64,000 bases of DNA from an uncultured Acidobacteriota bacterium (GTDB taxonomy: Bacteria; Actinomycetota; Acidimicrobiia; Spongiisociales; ZC4RG35): positions 351,278 through 415,277 of the forward strand of contig CAWACX010000001.1 in assembly GCA_963780755.1 (NCBI GenBank), written 5' to 3'. Positions 50,829 through 60,151 of the stretch are shown here, in pieces. The notes under the pieces were generated by a model, which saw only the letters and a list, made by a program, of their open reading frames with translations, was not told the origin of the DNA and ran no database searches. The position numbers were made by a program, and so were the translations under genes. How positions within the stretch are numbered: the stretch's first letter is position 1; every line of letters begins with the position of its first letter.

Positions 50829-50980
50829 GTCGGTACGGGGGCAACCCCGAATCGACCCCAAAGTGACCGAGAGGCCACTATGGGACCCTCTGGGAGACCA
50901 GTCCTTCGGGGCCGGAGTCCGAGAAGGGTCGATAGCCCCGAGAGGGTGGAGGCTTCGGCCGAAACTCCCTCGGGGTTTTT
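50829..50980 (+). ncRNA. Putative stand-alone structured small RNA, family not recognised
   Basis: Five stems capped by GCAA, GAGA, GAGA, cUUCGg, cUUCGg; long-range ATCGACCC/GGGTCGAT; terminal CCCCGAG/CTCGGGG + T5; no credible downstream + strand gene. Confidence 0.7.
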
Positions 50981-50991
50981 CGCGTTCGGGG

Positions 50992-51561
50992 TCAGGGGGA
51001 CGCGACCCGACCCGTATCGACCGGATCGAGGCGAGGGGAGTGGGCGTAGGCCCATCCCAAACACACCAGTCCGGCACACATCGAGATCAGGCCGATCAAT
51101 GCGGCCCACCGTTCCAGCCCGACCGGCGGTCGGCTGTTCTCGTCACCGAGATGGGCGCCGGCGAGGAACACAGAGAGCCAGAGCAGGGCGCCCACGCCAA
51201 GGAGGAGGGGCACGAGGCGGCGTCGATGGACGCGGTATTCGAACAAGGCGATCAGCGCCATCCCGGCCGAGTACAAGGGATGGCTGACGGTGAGGCCGAG
51301 CGCTGTCGAACCCACGGCCAACCACCAAACGGCTGTCGACTCGCCTCGTCGAGCAAGCTCGAGCCCGATCAGCCACATCCCCCCGATGGTGAGCACGAGG
51401 GCAAGGGCGTGGAGCCCGAGCGCGGCGGGCCAGAACCCCGACAACGGATTGTCCCCGAACCACCCCGGGGCGAGGGTGGTCGGGCTCCACTGGAACAAGA
51501 AGTAGGCGAGTCCTCCCGCCGCCATCAGCCAGCCCCCGGCGCGTGACCCCAAGGGTGTCAT
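50992..51561 (-). CDS. Multi-TM hypothetical membrane protein
   Basis: About six hydrophobic segments; ATGA overlap with upstream phosphatase. Confidence 0.65.
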   Translation of the reverse strand: MTPLGSRAGGWLMAAGGLAYFLFQWSPTTLAPGWFGDNPLSGFWPAALGLHALALVLTIGGMWLIGLELARRGESTAVWWLAVGSTALGLTVSHPLYSAGMALIALFEYRVHRRRLVPLLLGVGALLWLSVFLAGAHLGDENSRPPVGLERWAALIGLISMCAGLVCLGWAYAHSPRLDPVDTGRVASP

Positions 51562-53862
51562 CGTTCCACCTCCGCAAGTACGGGCACCCTCGTCAGTGTG
51601 ACCATCGTGATGTCGTCTTCCTGTTCCCAGCCATTCCCCACGAACTCCTCATGGGCAGCGAGGGCCTCGGCCACCAGGTCGCCGCTCCCATCTACGGCAG
51701 CGATGGCCTCTCGGAGCCGATCGGTGCCGAACATCTCGCCATCAGGTGCATGTGCCTCGGCGAGGCCGTCACTGGTGAGGGTGAGGCTCTCGGTCGGCCG
51801 CAGCGCTCCTTCTACCTCCTCGTAATCCATGCCCGGCATCAGGCCGAGCGGCATGCCGCGAACCATGATCTCCGTCACCGAGTCGCTGGAGCTGACGTAG
51901 GGGAGGTTGTGGCCGGCGTTGGCGGCCACCATGGTTCCCAGGACCGGGTCGATCACTGTGAGCAGGCAGGTCACGAACATCCCGTCGGGTATGTCCGGCT
52001 CGAGGCGGTTGTTGACATCGGCCAGCACCCGACCCGGAGGCATGCCACTGCTGGCAGCCACCCGGAGCAGGGTCATGCAGGTGGCCATCACCAGGGCGGC
52101 AGGTATGCCCTTGTCGCTGACATCACCGATGACCACCGCCAATCGTCCGTCGGGCAGAGGTATCCAGTCGAAGAAGTCGCCACCCACCTCGCGGGCGGGG
52201 CGATAGACCGAATCGAAGGCCCAACCTTCGATGTTCGGGGGCTCATGGGGGAGAAGCCCCTGCTGGATTTTCCGGGCCAGCTCGAGCTCGTGGACCTCGC
52301 GCTCCCGGTTTCGGGCGTCTCGTTCCCGGGTGCGGACCTCGTATGTCAACTGCAACGCAGGCCCGGCGGCCTGGGCCAGCCGGTCGAGCAGGTCGAGGTC
52401 GAGGGCCGAGTACGCGCGACTCAGAGGAGCGCTTGCCGAGGTCAAGCACACCTGTCAGAGACCCGCCTGCAACCAGGGGGACCAACACTGCCGAGCCGTT
52501 CGATCGGAATGGGACGAGCCCGGGGCTCGGCGGGACTGATGAGAGGTCTACGGCGGTGCCCTCTCCCAGGTCTTCATGCGTCGCTGGGGAGAATGGCCCG
52601 GTGTGCAACTTCACAGACATCGGGTGCAGCGCCTGCTCGACGACAGTCACCAGCCTGGACTCGAGGGTGAGAGGATCGACGAGTCGAGATGCCTCGCCGG
52701 CGAACTGATCGATCACCAGGCGGGCGTCATACCGCTCCCGGTCGAAGCGGCGGTCCACCGACCGCTGCACCCTTCGGCGCAACGGGTTGAACACGAGCGC
52801 GATGCACGTTCCGAGGACAACACCGGCGGCGCCCGACCCCTCGAAAGCGAGATCGGGGAAGTAAGAAGTGAGGGCAGTGATCAACACGGTCAGGGCAAGA
52901 AACGCGAGTCCGACGACCGCGGTCACGGTCCCGTAGACCAGGGCCCGATTGACGATGAGGTCGAGGTCGAACATGCGGTGGCGGACAATGGCCACCGAGA
53001 CCGACACCGGGAACATGAACACCGCGATCGTGAGCAGGAAGAGGATGTTGAGGGCGTAGACCGCCTTGAGTCGGGGAGTCACCACCACCAGGTCGAGAAC
53101 GCCGGACGTCAGCTCCGGCTGAAGCGCCCAAAGCAGGAGGAAAGCGCCTAAGGCCGCGATCAGGGAGATCAAGACCGGCTTGGTGGCCGGTGCCAAAGGA
53201 GTCCGCAGCCGGCGCACCATCTGAGCAGCGATCGCGGCGATCGGGACTCCGACCAGCCAGAGCGCCTGAAGGGCGTAAGGCCAGGTCCGGGGATCGACGA
53301 AGGTGCTGGGCAGGAGCAGGGTGAGGAATCCGATGACCGCGGCCGTTGCCACCAGCCACCTCGTCCATAACGGTTCCCATCGCCCGTCGGGGAAGGTTGC
53401 GAGAAACGCAAGCGAGGCAACGCCGGCCAGGGAGCTCCAGAAGGTGAACAGCGACGTCGGGGTGATCGAGCCAAGGAGCGCCGCCAGGTCGAACGAGCCC
53501 GGGAGAAGGTACAGGGGCGCGAAGAGGCTGGTCCCCAGTGCGGCCAGGGTGACCGCGGCCAATGGCGCTCGATCGGAGGCGCCGCGCTTCGCTATCAGCA
53601 ACGTCGCCAAGCCCACGAATACTGCGATCCCGACGATGTGAAGGACGCGCTGGGTGACTCCGAGCGCCGGAAGCTCGAAGAGCACCGCCAGTTCGCTCTC
53701 CATGTGGCGGTCCACGGCAGCGGGGCCTTGGGGAAGCAGCCCACGGGCCGGGTTGCGGAGCAGCAGTCCCATCGAGGCAACCGACGCCATGGCCAGCAAC
53801 GTCACGACGAAGGCACCGATCCAGCGTGGCAGCAGCGCGGTCCTCGGGGAGAGCGTGGTCAC
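51558..53862 (-). CDS. Membrane-anchored GAF-like + SpoIIE/PP2C phosphatase (RsbU-like); +1 frameshift near 52413
   Basis: TM domain FPDGR, PLRRRVQRSVDRRF; then ARKIQQGLLP, VGGDFFD, GDVSDKG.PAAL, MFVT, NAGH, SDGLAEA, DDIT. Confidence 0.88.
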
Positions 53863-55071
53863 TCGCCGGGCCCCACAGAGGCGAGGGCGGCCATGTCGTC
53901 CGGCGCGAGGGGCACGATCGCCAACTCGGTTTCGGGGCGGAACGCGATCGGTTCGACGCCGACCTCGATCCGCTGTGTCGGGCCTCCGAGCTCGGGATCG
54001 ATCTGATGACATCCGGCGCAATCGGTGCGCCCACCCCAGCACAGGCCGTCTTCGCACTTCCGGTTCAACTCATGGGGGTGGTTGAGGCGCACCGGCGATC
54101 CGGGTGGCGTGACAGTCGAGGCAGGTCTGGGCGTCGACATCGGACGCCAGCAACTCCGGATGGTTGGGGTCTGGGCGGTGAGGGACGTTGGGCTGGTCGT
54201 CGTTGGCGAGCCATATGGCCGAAACGACGAACAGCACCGGAACGATCAGCACCCATTTGACCAGAGGAATCACCGTCGATCGACTCGGCGCCGGTGATGG
54301 GTTGTCGGCGAAGCGCAGGATCCCCAGCCAGGCCAGGCCCCAGAGGATGAGGCCGACTGAGTATCCGAAGCGGTGGGATGAGGCATCGAAGGGGAAGATC
54401 AGGCTCACGACGCCGTAGCCGATGGCCGCCCCGGCGATGCTGAAACCGGTCACCCGGTACCCCGTGATTCTGAAGGCGACCACCAGTCCCATCCCGAGCA
54501 GCGCCAGGCTGAACGCTGCCATCGCCGACCAATGTGTGGTGTGGTTCTGGGCTTCGTCGAGAGCGCGGGCAAGGAGTGCCGCGACCTCGGTCAGGAATGG
54601 GAGCAACGCGGCCAGGACCAGCACGATGGCCCACCCCCAGACCGGGCCGGACCTCAGCGGGATTCCCCGAGGTCGGAAGTAGATCACTGCAGCGAGTGGG
54701 ATCAATTGAAGGAGCAGGCCGAACTGCCAAGGCACGGTGAGGTTGGCGATCGCGAAGAGCGTCAACAGCGTGATCGCCATCTGAAAGAGGCCGGCTGTGC
54801 TCCGCTCGGGTCGCAACAGAAGCGAGATGGCCCCGACCAGAGCCAGGGCGAAGAACATCCCGAAGACGACTTCATGGAGCCGGTGGGACACGGCCGCGGC
54901 GTCGGTTGCCTCCTGATAACCATTGAGGAACCAACCGAACACGACGAGGAACGTCGGAGAGAGGAAGAGTAGGACCACCAACATGGTCCACACCGAGGCT
55001 CGGAAATAGCTCTCCCGGGTGAACGCCACGGGCCCGGGTGCCTGCACTTCGGTCTCGGGTCCGTTCGTCAC
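53859..55071 (-). CDS. Multi-TM protein with C-terminal di-heme c domain; +1 frameshift in C-run near 54074
   Basis: About nine TMs then PNVPH, CLDCH, GAPQPP(H), and CAGCH in the shifted frame. Confidence 0.7.
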
Positions 55072-55135
55072 TGACTAACGGACGATCAACGACCGCTGTC
55101 GGGTGACAGAGTCGCGACGGAGGCCTGACGCGAAG

Positions 55136-55163
55136 GGGCGGCGGATCGTGTGACCCGCCGCCC
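55136..55163 (-). terminator. Hairpin downstream of SLH gene
   Basis: GGGCGGCGG...CCGCCGCCC 9-bp stem, weak U tail. Confidence 0.55.
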
Positions 55164-55182
55164 GTGTTTCCGCCTTTTCAGA

Positions 55183-55854
55183 TCAGGAAGTCGGGACCCA
55201 TGAGGCCGTCAAACCCCTGGTGCCCGCAGTGGCAGCCGGCGAGGCGTCAACCGTCTCGGCCGCACAGAGCACATACGTCGTCGCTTCGGTGGCAACGTCA
55301 GTCGCCGTTATCGAGATCGTGTTCACCTCGGAGGTGGCCTCGGTGTTGATTGCGCCAAGCCAGGAGGCCGTTCCGACAACGGTCCCCGCGCAGCTGTCTC
55401 GAGCTATGGCCAGCTGGTAAGTGCCGTCAGCACTTGTTGGTTTCTGCAGCGTGGCATGGGCGTTGAGAGTGACCGCGGCTTCAGCCTTGGGTGTGGCCTC
55501 GATCGTCAACAACTCGACCATTGCCGTTCCGTTGGTGGCAACGGTGTCTGCGGAGTCGGTGACATTGGCGCCCGCGCTGCCCTGTGTCTGGGCAAAACGG
55601 CGCATGAACGACGCCATTTGCTCACGGGTCACGTTGTCGTCGGGGCAGAAGAGAGTGTTCTCCGGCGGGTTGCACCCGACGGTGATCCCGTTGTCATGCA
55701 GCCAGGTGATCGACCCGTGGAACTCATTCGAGTCCGGTACATCGTCGAACGAGTGGGCAGCGATAACCGAAAGCGGCAACGCGAGGACCAGCGCCACAAT
55801 CATGGCGACCGGCCAGGACAGTCGCTTGAAGCGACCAGATGGGGATTGGGACAT
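55183..55854 (-). CDS. Secreted S-layer homology (SLH) domain protein
   Basis: Signal peptide; FDDVP...FHGSITWL...GITVGC...FCPDDNVTREQMASF; GAAGGAGG RBS. Confidence 0.85.
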   Translation of the reverse strand: MSQSPSGRFKRLSWPVAMIVALVLALPLSVIAAHSFDDVPDSNEFHGSITWLHDNGITVGCNPPENTLFCPDDNVTREQMASFMRRFAQTQGSAGANVTDSADTVATNGTAMVELLTIEATPKAEAAVTLNAHATLQKPTSADGTYQLAIARDSCAGTVVGTASWLGAINTEATSEVNTISITATDVATEATTYVLCAAETVDASPAATAGTRGLTASWVPTS

Positions 55855-55989
55855 GAGTTCCTCCTTCAAATAGAAAGCCGGGTGGTTTGGCCACCCGGCT
55901 GGGACTCACTGAGTCCGTCTTACCCGGTCTCTCCGTTTTGATACCCACACCGACCCGCAGATCCGGCGCCCCCCGATAACCTTCGCCCC

Positions 55990-57426
55990 ATGATCGACTT
56001 CAAGCAGTACATCGGGGGCGAGTGGTCTGAAGCGGTTGGCGGGGGGACGTGGGACCTGATCAACCCGGCCGATGAGAGCGTGTTGCAGCAGATCCCGTTT
56101 GGGGACGAGTCCGATGCCGGTTCCGCGATCGATGCCGCATCCGAGGCCTTCGAGTCCTGGTCACACCTCACCGCCTATCAGCGAGGTGCGGTCCTGGAGA
56201 AGGCAGCCCTCTTCATCGAGAGCCATGCCGAGGAGTTCGCGCGCATCACCACAGAAGAGGCGGGCAAGCCACTGAAGGAGGCCTATGGCGAGTGGGTCAG
56301 TGCACCCAACTACTTCCGCTGGGCTGCAGAGGAGGCGCGCCGTGTCTATGGGCGATCGATCCCGGCCCGGGTCGCCGGGCGACGCATCGACGTCATCTAT
56401 CAACCGATCGGGGTGGTCGGGGTGATCACCGCCTGGAACTTCCCGGTGTACAACCAGACCAGGGCGGTCGCTGCGGCTCTGGCTGCAGGGTGCACCGTGG
56501 TGAGCCGGCCTTCGGAGTACACCCCGCGCTCGGCCATGCTCATCGCCCACGCCCTCGCCGAATCGGGTCTGCCGGCGGGGGTGCACAACGTGGTCAATGG
56601 CAAGCCACACGAGATCGGGCAGGCGATGCTCGACGACCCTCGGGTCCGCAAGATCCATTTCACCGGCTCGACCCGGGTGGGGAAGCTCCTCATGGATGGC
56701 GCCTCGCGCACTGTCACCCGCCTTTCCCTGGAACTGGGAGGAAACGCCCCGGTGATCGTCTTTCCCGATGCCGGGGACATTGCCGCGGTGGCAAAGAGCG
56801 GGTTGGTGGCCAAGATTCGGAACAACGGACAGGTCTGCGTCGCCCCTCAGCGCTTCTACGTCCACGAGGGAGTGGTCGACGAGTTCAGTGAGAGTGCCGT
56901 GGCCACGGCCAACGGCCAGGTCGTCGGCAACGGACTGGACAATGGGACCACTATCGGGCCGCTGATCAACGCGGTGCAGAGGGATCGGGTCGAAGAATTG
57001 GTGTCGACCAGCGTCGAGCAGGGCGCCACGGTGCTCACCGGTGGACATCGCCTCGACGGTGCCGGGTACTTCTATCAGCCCACCGTGCTCACCGACGTCA
57101 AGCCGGGGAGCCCGGTGCACGAGCAGGAGATCTTTGGCCCGGTGATGCCAATCGTGCCATTCTCCGATGTCGACGAGGTGATCGCTCTCGCCAATGCCAC
57201 CGACTACGGCCTGGCTTCCTACGTCTACACCCGGGACCTGGCCACCGCGTTCAAGGTGTCCGAAGAGCTGCAGTTCGGGATGGTCGGGATCAACGACTGG
57301 TATCTGGCGACGCCGGAGGCACCGTTCGGCGGGATGAAGCAGTCAGGGATGGGACGCGAGTCGGGGCCGGAAGGGGTCCACGAGTACCTGGAGCCCAAGA
57401 CGAGGTTCTTCGGAGGGATCGGTTAG
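55990..57426 (+). CDS. NAD-dependent succinate-semialdehyde dehydrogenase-like aldehyde dehydrogenase
   Basis: ITAWNFP, FTGST.VG, LELGGNAP, NNGQVC, EIFGP, PFGGMKQSG. Confidence 0.92.
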   Translation: MIDFKQYIGGEWSEAVGGGTWDLINPADESVLQQIPFGDESDAGSAIDAASEAFESWSHLTAYQRGAVLEKAALFIESHAEEFARITTEEAGKPLKEAYGEWVSAPNYFRWAAEEARRVYGRSIPARVAGRRIDVIYQPIGVVGVITAWNFPVYNQTRAVAAALAAGCTVVSRPSEYTPRSAMLIAHALAESGLPAGVHNVVNGKPHEIGQAMLDDPRVRKIHFTGSTRVGKLLMDGASRTVTRLSLELGGNAPVIVFPDAGDIAAVAKSGLVAKIRNNGQVCVAPQRFYVHEGVVDEFSESAVATANGQVVGNGLDNGTTIGPLINAVQRDRVEELVSTSVEQGATVLTGGHRLDGAGYFYQPTVLTDVKPGSPVHEQEIFGPVMPIVPFSDVDEVIALANATDYGLASYVYTRDLATAFKVSEELQFGMVGINDWYLATPEAPFGGMKQSGMGRESGPEGVHEYLEPKTRFFGGIG

Positions 57427-57439
57427 CGCGTCGAGGGGT

Positions 57440-57499
57440 CCCCCCTCCCCGGCTGCGCCGGTACTCCCCCCAGCGTCGCTGCGCTCCTGGGGGGAGAAA
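57440..57499 (-). repeat. REP-like palindromic element, copy B
   Basis: Reverse complement matches 31852-31913 (13/13 at 5' end; 32/33 at 3' end). Confidence 0.85.
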
Positions 57500-57648
57500 C
57501 GGGAGGGATCGGATAACAGCCAGAACCTGGTAGATTGCACATTGCCGCACCGTTCGGGAGGCCAGCGAAGACGCTCCACGGTGACCATCGGCTTCTCTCT
57601 CACCCGGTTTGATTGCCTCATCTGCCGACCCAACGACAGAAAGCAGTC

Positions 57649-59094
57649 ATGCCCAATTCCTTCGCCGAGCTCGGCCTGCCCGAGCCCCTGATCGCGACTC
57701 TCGAGAGCCGCGACATCAAATCACCCTTTCCGATACAGGCCGCAACGATCCCGGACATCCTTGCCGGACGTGACGTCTGTGGCCGCGCTCCCACCGGCTC
57801 GGGCAAGACCTTGGCCTTCGGGCTGCCCATCCTGGCTCGACTCGACCGCGGCCGGCCCCGTCGGCCCCGCGGCCTGATCCTGGCCCCCACCCGGGAGCTG
57901 GCAGAGCAGATCACGACCGCTCTGCGTCCCCTCGCCAAAGTCTCCGGCCGCTCGATGGTGGCCGTCTATGGGGGCGTCGGATATCGGGAGCAGAAAACGA
58001 AACTCCATCAGGGCGTCGACCTGGTGGTCGCCTGTCCCGGTCGGTTGGAGGACCTCATCGCCCAGGGCGACGTGCGGCTCGACGATGTCGACCTGGTCGT
58101 CATCGACGAGGCTGACCGCATGGCCGACATGGGGTTTCTCCCCTCGGTGAAACGCCTCCTGGAGCTGACTTCGAATTCGAGGCAGACCGTGCTCTTCTCC
58201 GCAACCCTCGATGGAGACGTTGCGGTTCTCACCCAGCGCTACCAGCGCGATCCGGTGCGTCACGAGTCCGAAGTTCAGGAGGACGCTCCCGGCGATGCCG
58301 AGCATGTGTTCTGGAAGGTCCAGCGGGCCGATCGCATGGCGCACGCAGCCGAGGTGATCTCCACGACCAATCCGAGCATCGTGTTCACCCGCACGCGCCA
58401 TGGTGCCGACCGCCTGGCTCGGCAGCTCGCGGGACATGGTGTGACCGCGGTGGCGATGCACGGCGGACGATCCCAGTCGCAGCGCACCCGCGCGCTCAAG
58501 GACTTTTCTACGGGTCGCGCCCAGGCTCTGGTGGCGACCGATGTCGCCGCCCGGGGGATCCACGTCGACGGCGTGGCCAGCGTCGTGCACTTCGACCCGC
58601 CGGAGGACGAGAAGGCCTACCTCCATCGCTCGGGGAGGACGGCTCGCGCCGGTGCGACCGGGCTCGTCGTCTCGCTGATCGACGGCTCACAGGTCGGGGG
58701 TACCAAGAGAATCCAGCGAGCGCTGGGCCTCGAGGGCCCGATCCTCGATCGTGGTGGAGCCGCCCGAATCGAGGTTGGCCCAGCGAGCGCACGCCCCGTG
58801 GAGAGACCGCAGTACGAGGAGAGGCCGCATCGGCAGCCGAATCGAGACGGGTCGACGCTCTACGTGGGCAACCTGCCGTACTCCGTCACCGAGACCGAGC
58901 TGATGTCGATCTTTGCCGATCACGGACCTGTCACCTCGGCGTCCATCGTCACTTACAAGGACTCGGGGCGCTCCCGAGGGTTTGGTTTCGTGGTCCTTTC
59001 CGAAGGGCAGGCGTCACGGGCGTTGACCGCAGTCGACGGTCGGAATGTCCGGGGTCGGAAGTTGAAAGTCACCAGCGCCCGCACCCGTCCTTGA
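57649..59094 (+). CDS. DEAD-box RNA helicase with C-terminal RRM
   Basis: PTGSGKT, PTRELA, DEAD, SAT, ARGIH, HRSGRTAR; RNP2 LYVGNL and RNP1 RGFGFV. Confidence 0.95.
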   Translation: MPNSFAELGLPEPLIATLESRDIKSPFPIQAATIPDILAGRDVCGRAPTGSGKTLAFGLPILARLDRGRPRRPRGLILAPTRELAEQITTALRPLAKVSGRSMVAVYGGVGYREQKTKLHQGVDLVVACPGRLEDLIAQGDVRLDDVDLVVIDEADRMADMGFLPSVKRLLELTSNSRQTVLFSATLDGDVAVLTQRYQRDPVRHESEVQEDAPGDAEHVFWKVQRADRMAHAAEVISTTNPSIVFTRTRHGADRLARQLAGHGVTAVAMHGGRSQSQRTRALKDFSTGRAQALVATDVAARGIHVDGVASVVHFDPPEDEKAYLHRSGRTARAGATGLVVSLIDGSQVGGTKRIQRALGLEGPILDRGGAARIEVGPASARPVERPQYEERPHRQPNRDGSTLYVGNLPYSVTETELMSIFADHGPVTSASIVTYKDSGRSRGFGFVVLSEGQASRALTAVDGRNVRGRKLKVTSARTRP

Positions 59095-59130
59095 CCTGAG
59101 TCCGGCCTGCCACCCATTTAGGGTGAGTCG

Positions 59131-59928
59131 GTGACGACCACGGCGCCACTCGCCGTCAAAGCCTGGAAACTGGGGCTTATCGGCCTGGCCGCCGGCCTCA
59201 TGTCCGGGGGATTCGGAATTGGCGGGGGGATCGTGATGGTCCCTCTACTGGTGGCGGTCGGAGTCGATCGGCATCGGGCCCATGCCACTTCCCTCGCAGC
59301 GATCATCCCCATCGCCATTGCCGGATCAGTGGCGTTTGGCCTATCGGGGGAAATCAACCTGAACCTCGGCCTCCTCATCGGAGCCGGGGGAGTGGTGGGC
59401 TCCACGATCGGCGCCTCGCTCATGAACCGAATGAGCTCCCGGTCGTTGAGCATCTTCTTTGGCATCGTGCTCCTGGTGGTCGCGATCCGGATGGTCGCGG
59501 GGGGAGACCCGCTGCCTGGCTCGAGTGACTTCAGTGATCCGCTGCAGGTGGCGATCGCGGTCGGTATCGGGCTCATTTCGGGGTTCTTCGCGGGTGTCGC
59601 CGGGATCGGTGGGGGAGTTGTCATCGTCCCGGCCACTGTCCTCCTCCTCGGGTTCACCCAGCATGAGGCTCAGGGCACTTCGCTGGTCGCGATCATTCTC
59701 ACCGCCATCGCCGGGACAGTGGTCAACGTCAGAAACAGACGAGTCCGCCTCGAGGACGGACTCGTCATCGGCCTGGTTGGTGTTGTCGGTTCGGTGGTGG
59801 GCGCTCAGATCGCTCTCGGTGTCGAGGGCCGCACCCTTTCTTTGGTCTTCGGTGTGCTGGTGATGATCCTGGCAATCCGGACGCTCTATCTGGCGTTCCG
59901 GGGTGCCGAGCCGGTCACTCAGCCCTGA
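59131..59928 (+). CDS. TauE/SafE family transporter
   Basis: Two GIGGG..VP repeats and A.A/GTSL motifs. Confidence 0.9.
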   Translation: MTTTAPLAVKAWKLGLIGLAAGLMSGGFGIGGGIVMVPLLVAVGVDRHRAHATSLAAIIPIAIAGSVAFGLSGEINLNLGLLIGAGGVVGSTIGASLMNRMSSRSLSIFFGIVLLVVAIRMVAGGDPLPGSSDFSDPLQVAIAVGIGLISGFFAGVAGIGGGVVIVPATVLLLGFTQHEAQGTSLVAIILTAIAGTVVNVRNRRVRLEDGLVIGLVGVVGSVVGAQIALGVEGRTLSLVFGVLVMILAIRTLYLAFRGAEPVTQP

Positions 59929-60149
59929 TCGCCGGCCTCGATCGCCTCCTGTTCCCTCTTCGGGAGCAGCGCCGGGATGATCACGGCGAGACCGATTGCG
60001 ACCAGGAGAAGCGGCCAGAACCATGCTCCTGAGTTGACAAGGAAATCGATCAGCTGCTGGGGCGTCTCCGGGATCAGGAACAGGAGCCCGATGCCGGTGA
60101 AGATGAGCCCTGCAATGAACGAGACGGCGTCGAATCTGTGTGTCTTCAT
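59919..60149 (-). CDS. Small membrane protein of pspC locus
   Basis: HRFDAVSFIAGLIF..IG; WPLLLVAIGL; GGAG RBS. Confidence 0.8.
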   Translation of the reverse strand: MKTHRFDAVSFIAGLIFTGIGLLFLIPETPQQLIDFLVNSGAWFWPLLLVAIGLAVIIPALLPKREQEAIEAGDQG

Positions 60150-60151
60150 GG

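Noticed and set aside
50829-50980. Riboswitch, or the overlapping ORFs 50793..51287 and 50827..51546
   Set aside because: Those ORFs are antisense to a plausible membrane gene, cross the terminator and show no recognisable motifs; no downstream gene to regulate
55861-55945. c-di-GMP-I riboswitch
   Set aside because: Only a loose CAGCCGGG..GCC resemblance; the conserved GGCAAA/GNRA/GCAAA core is absent
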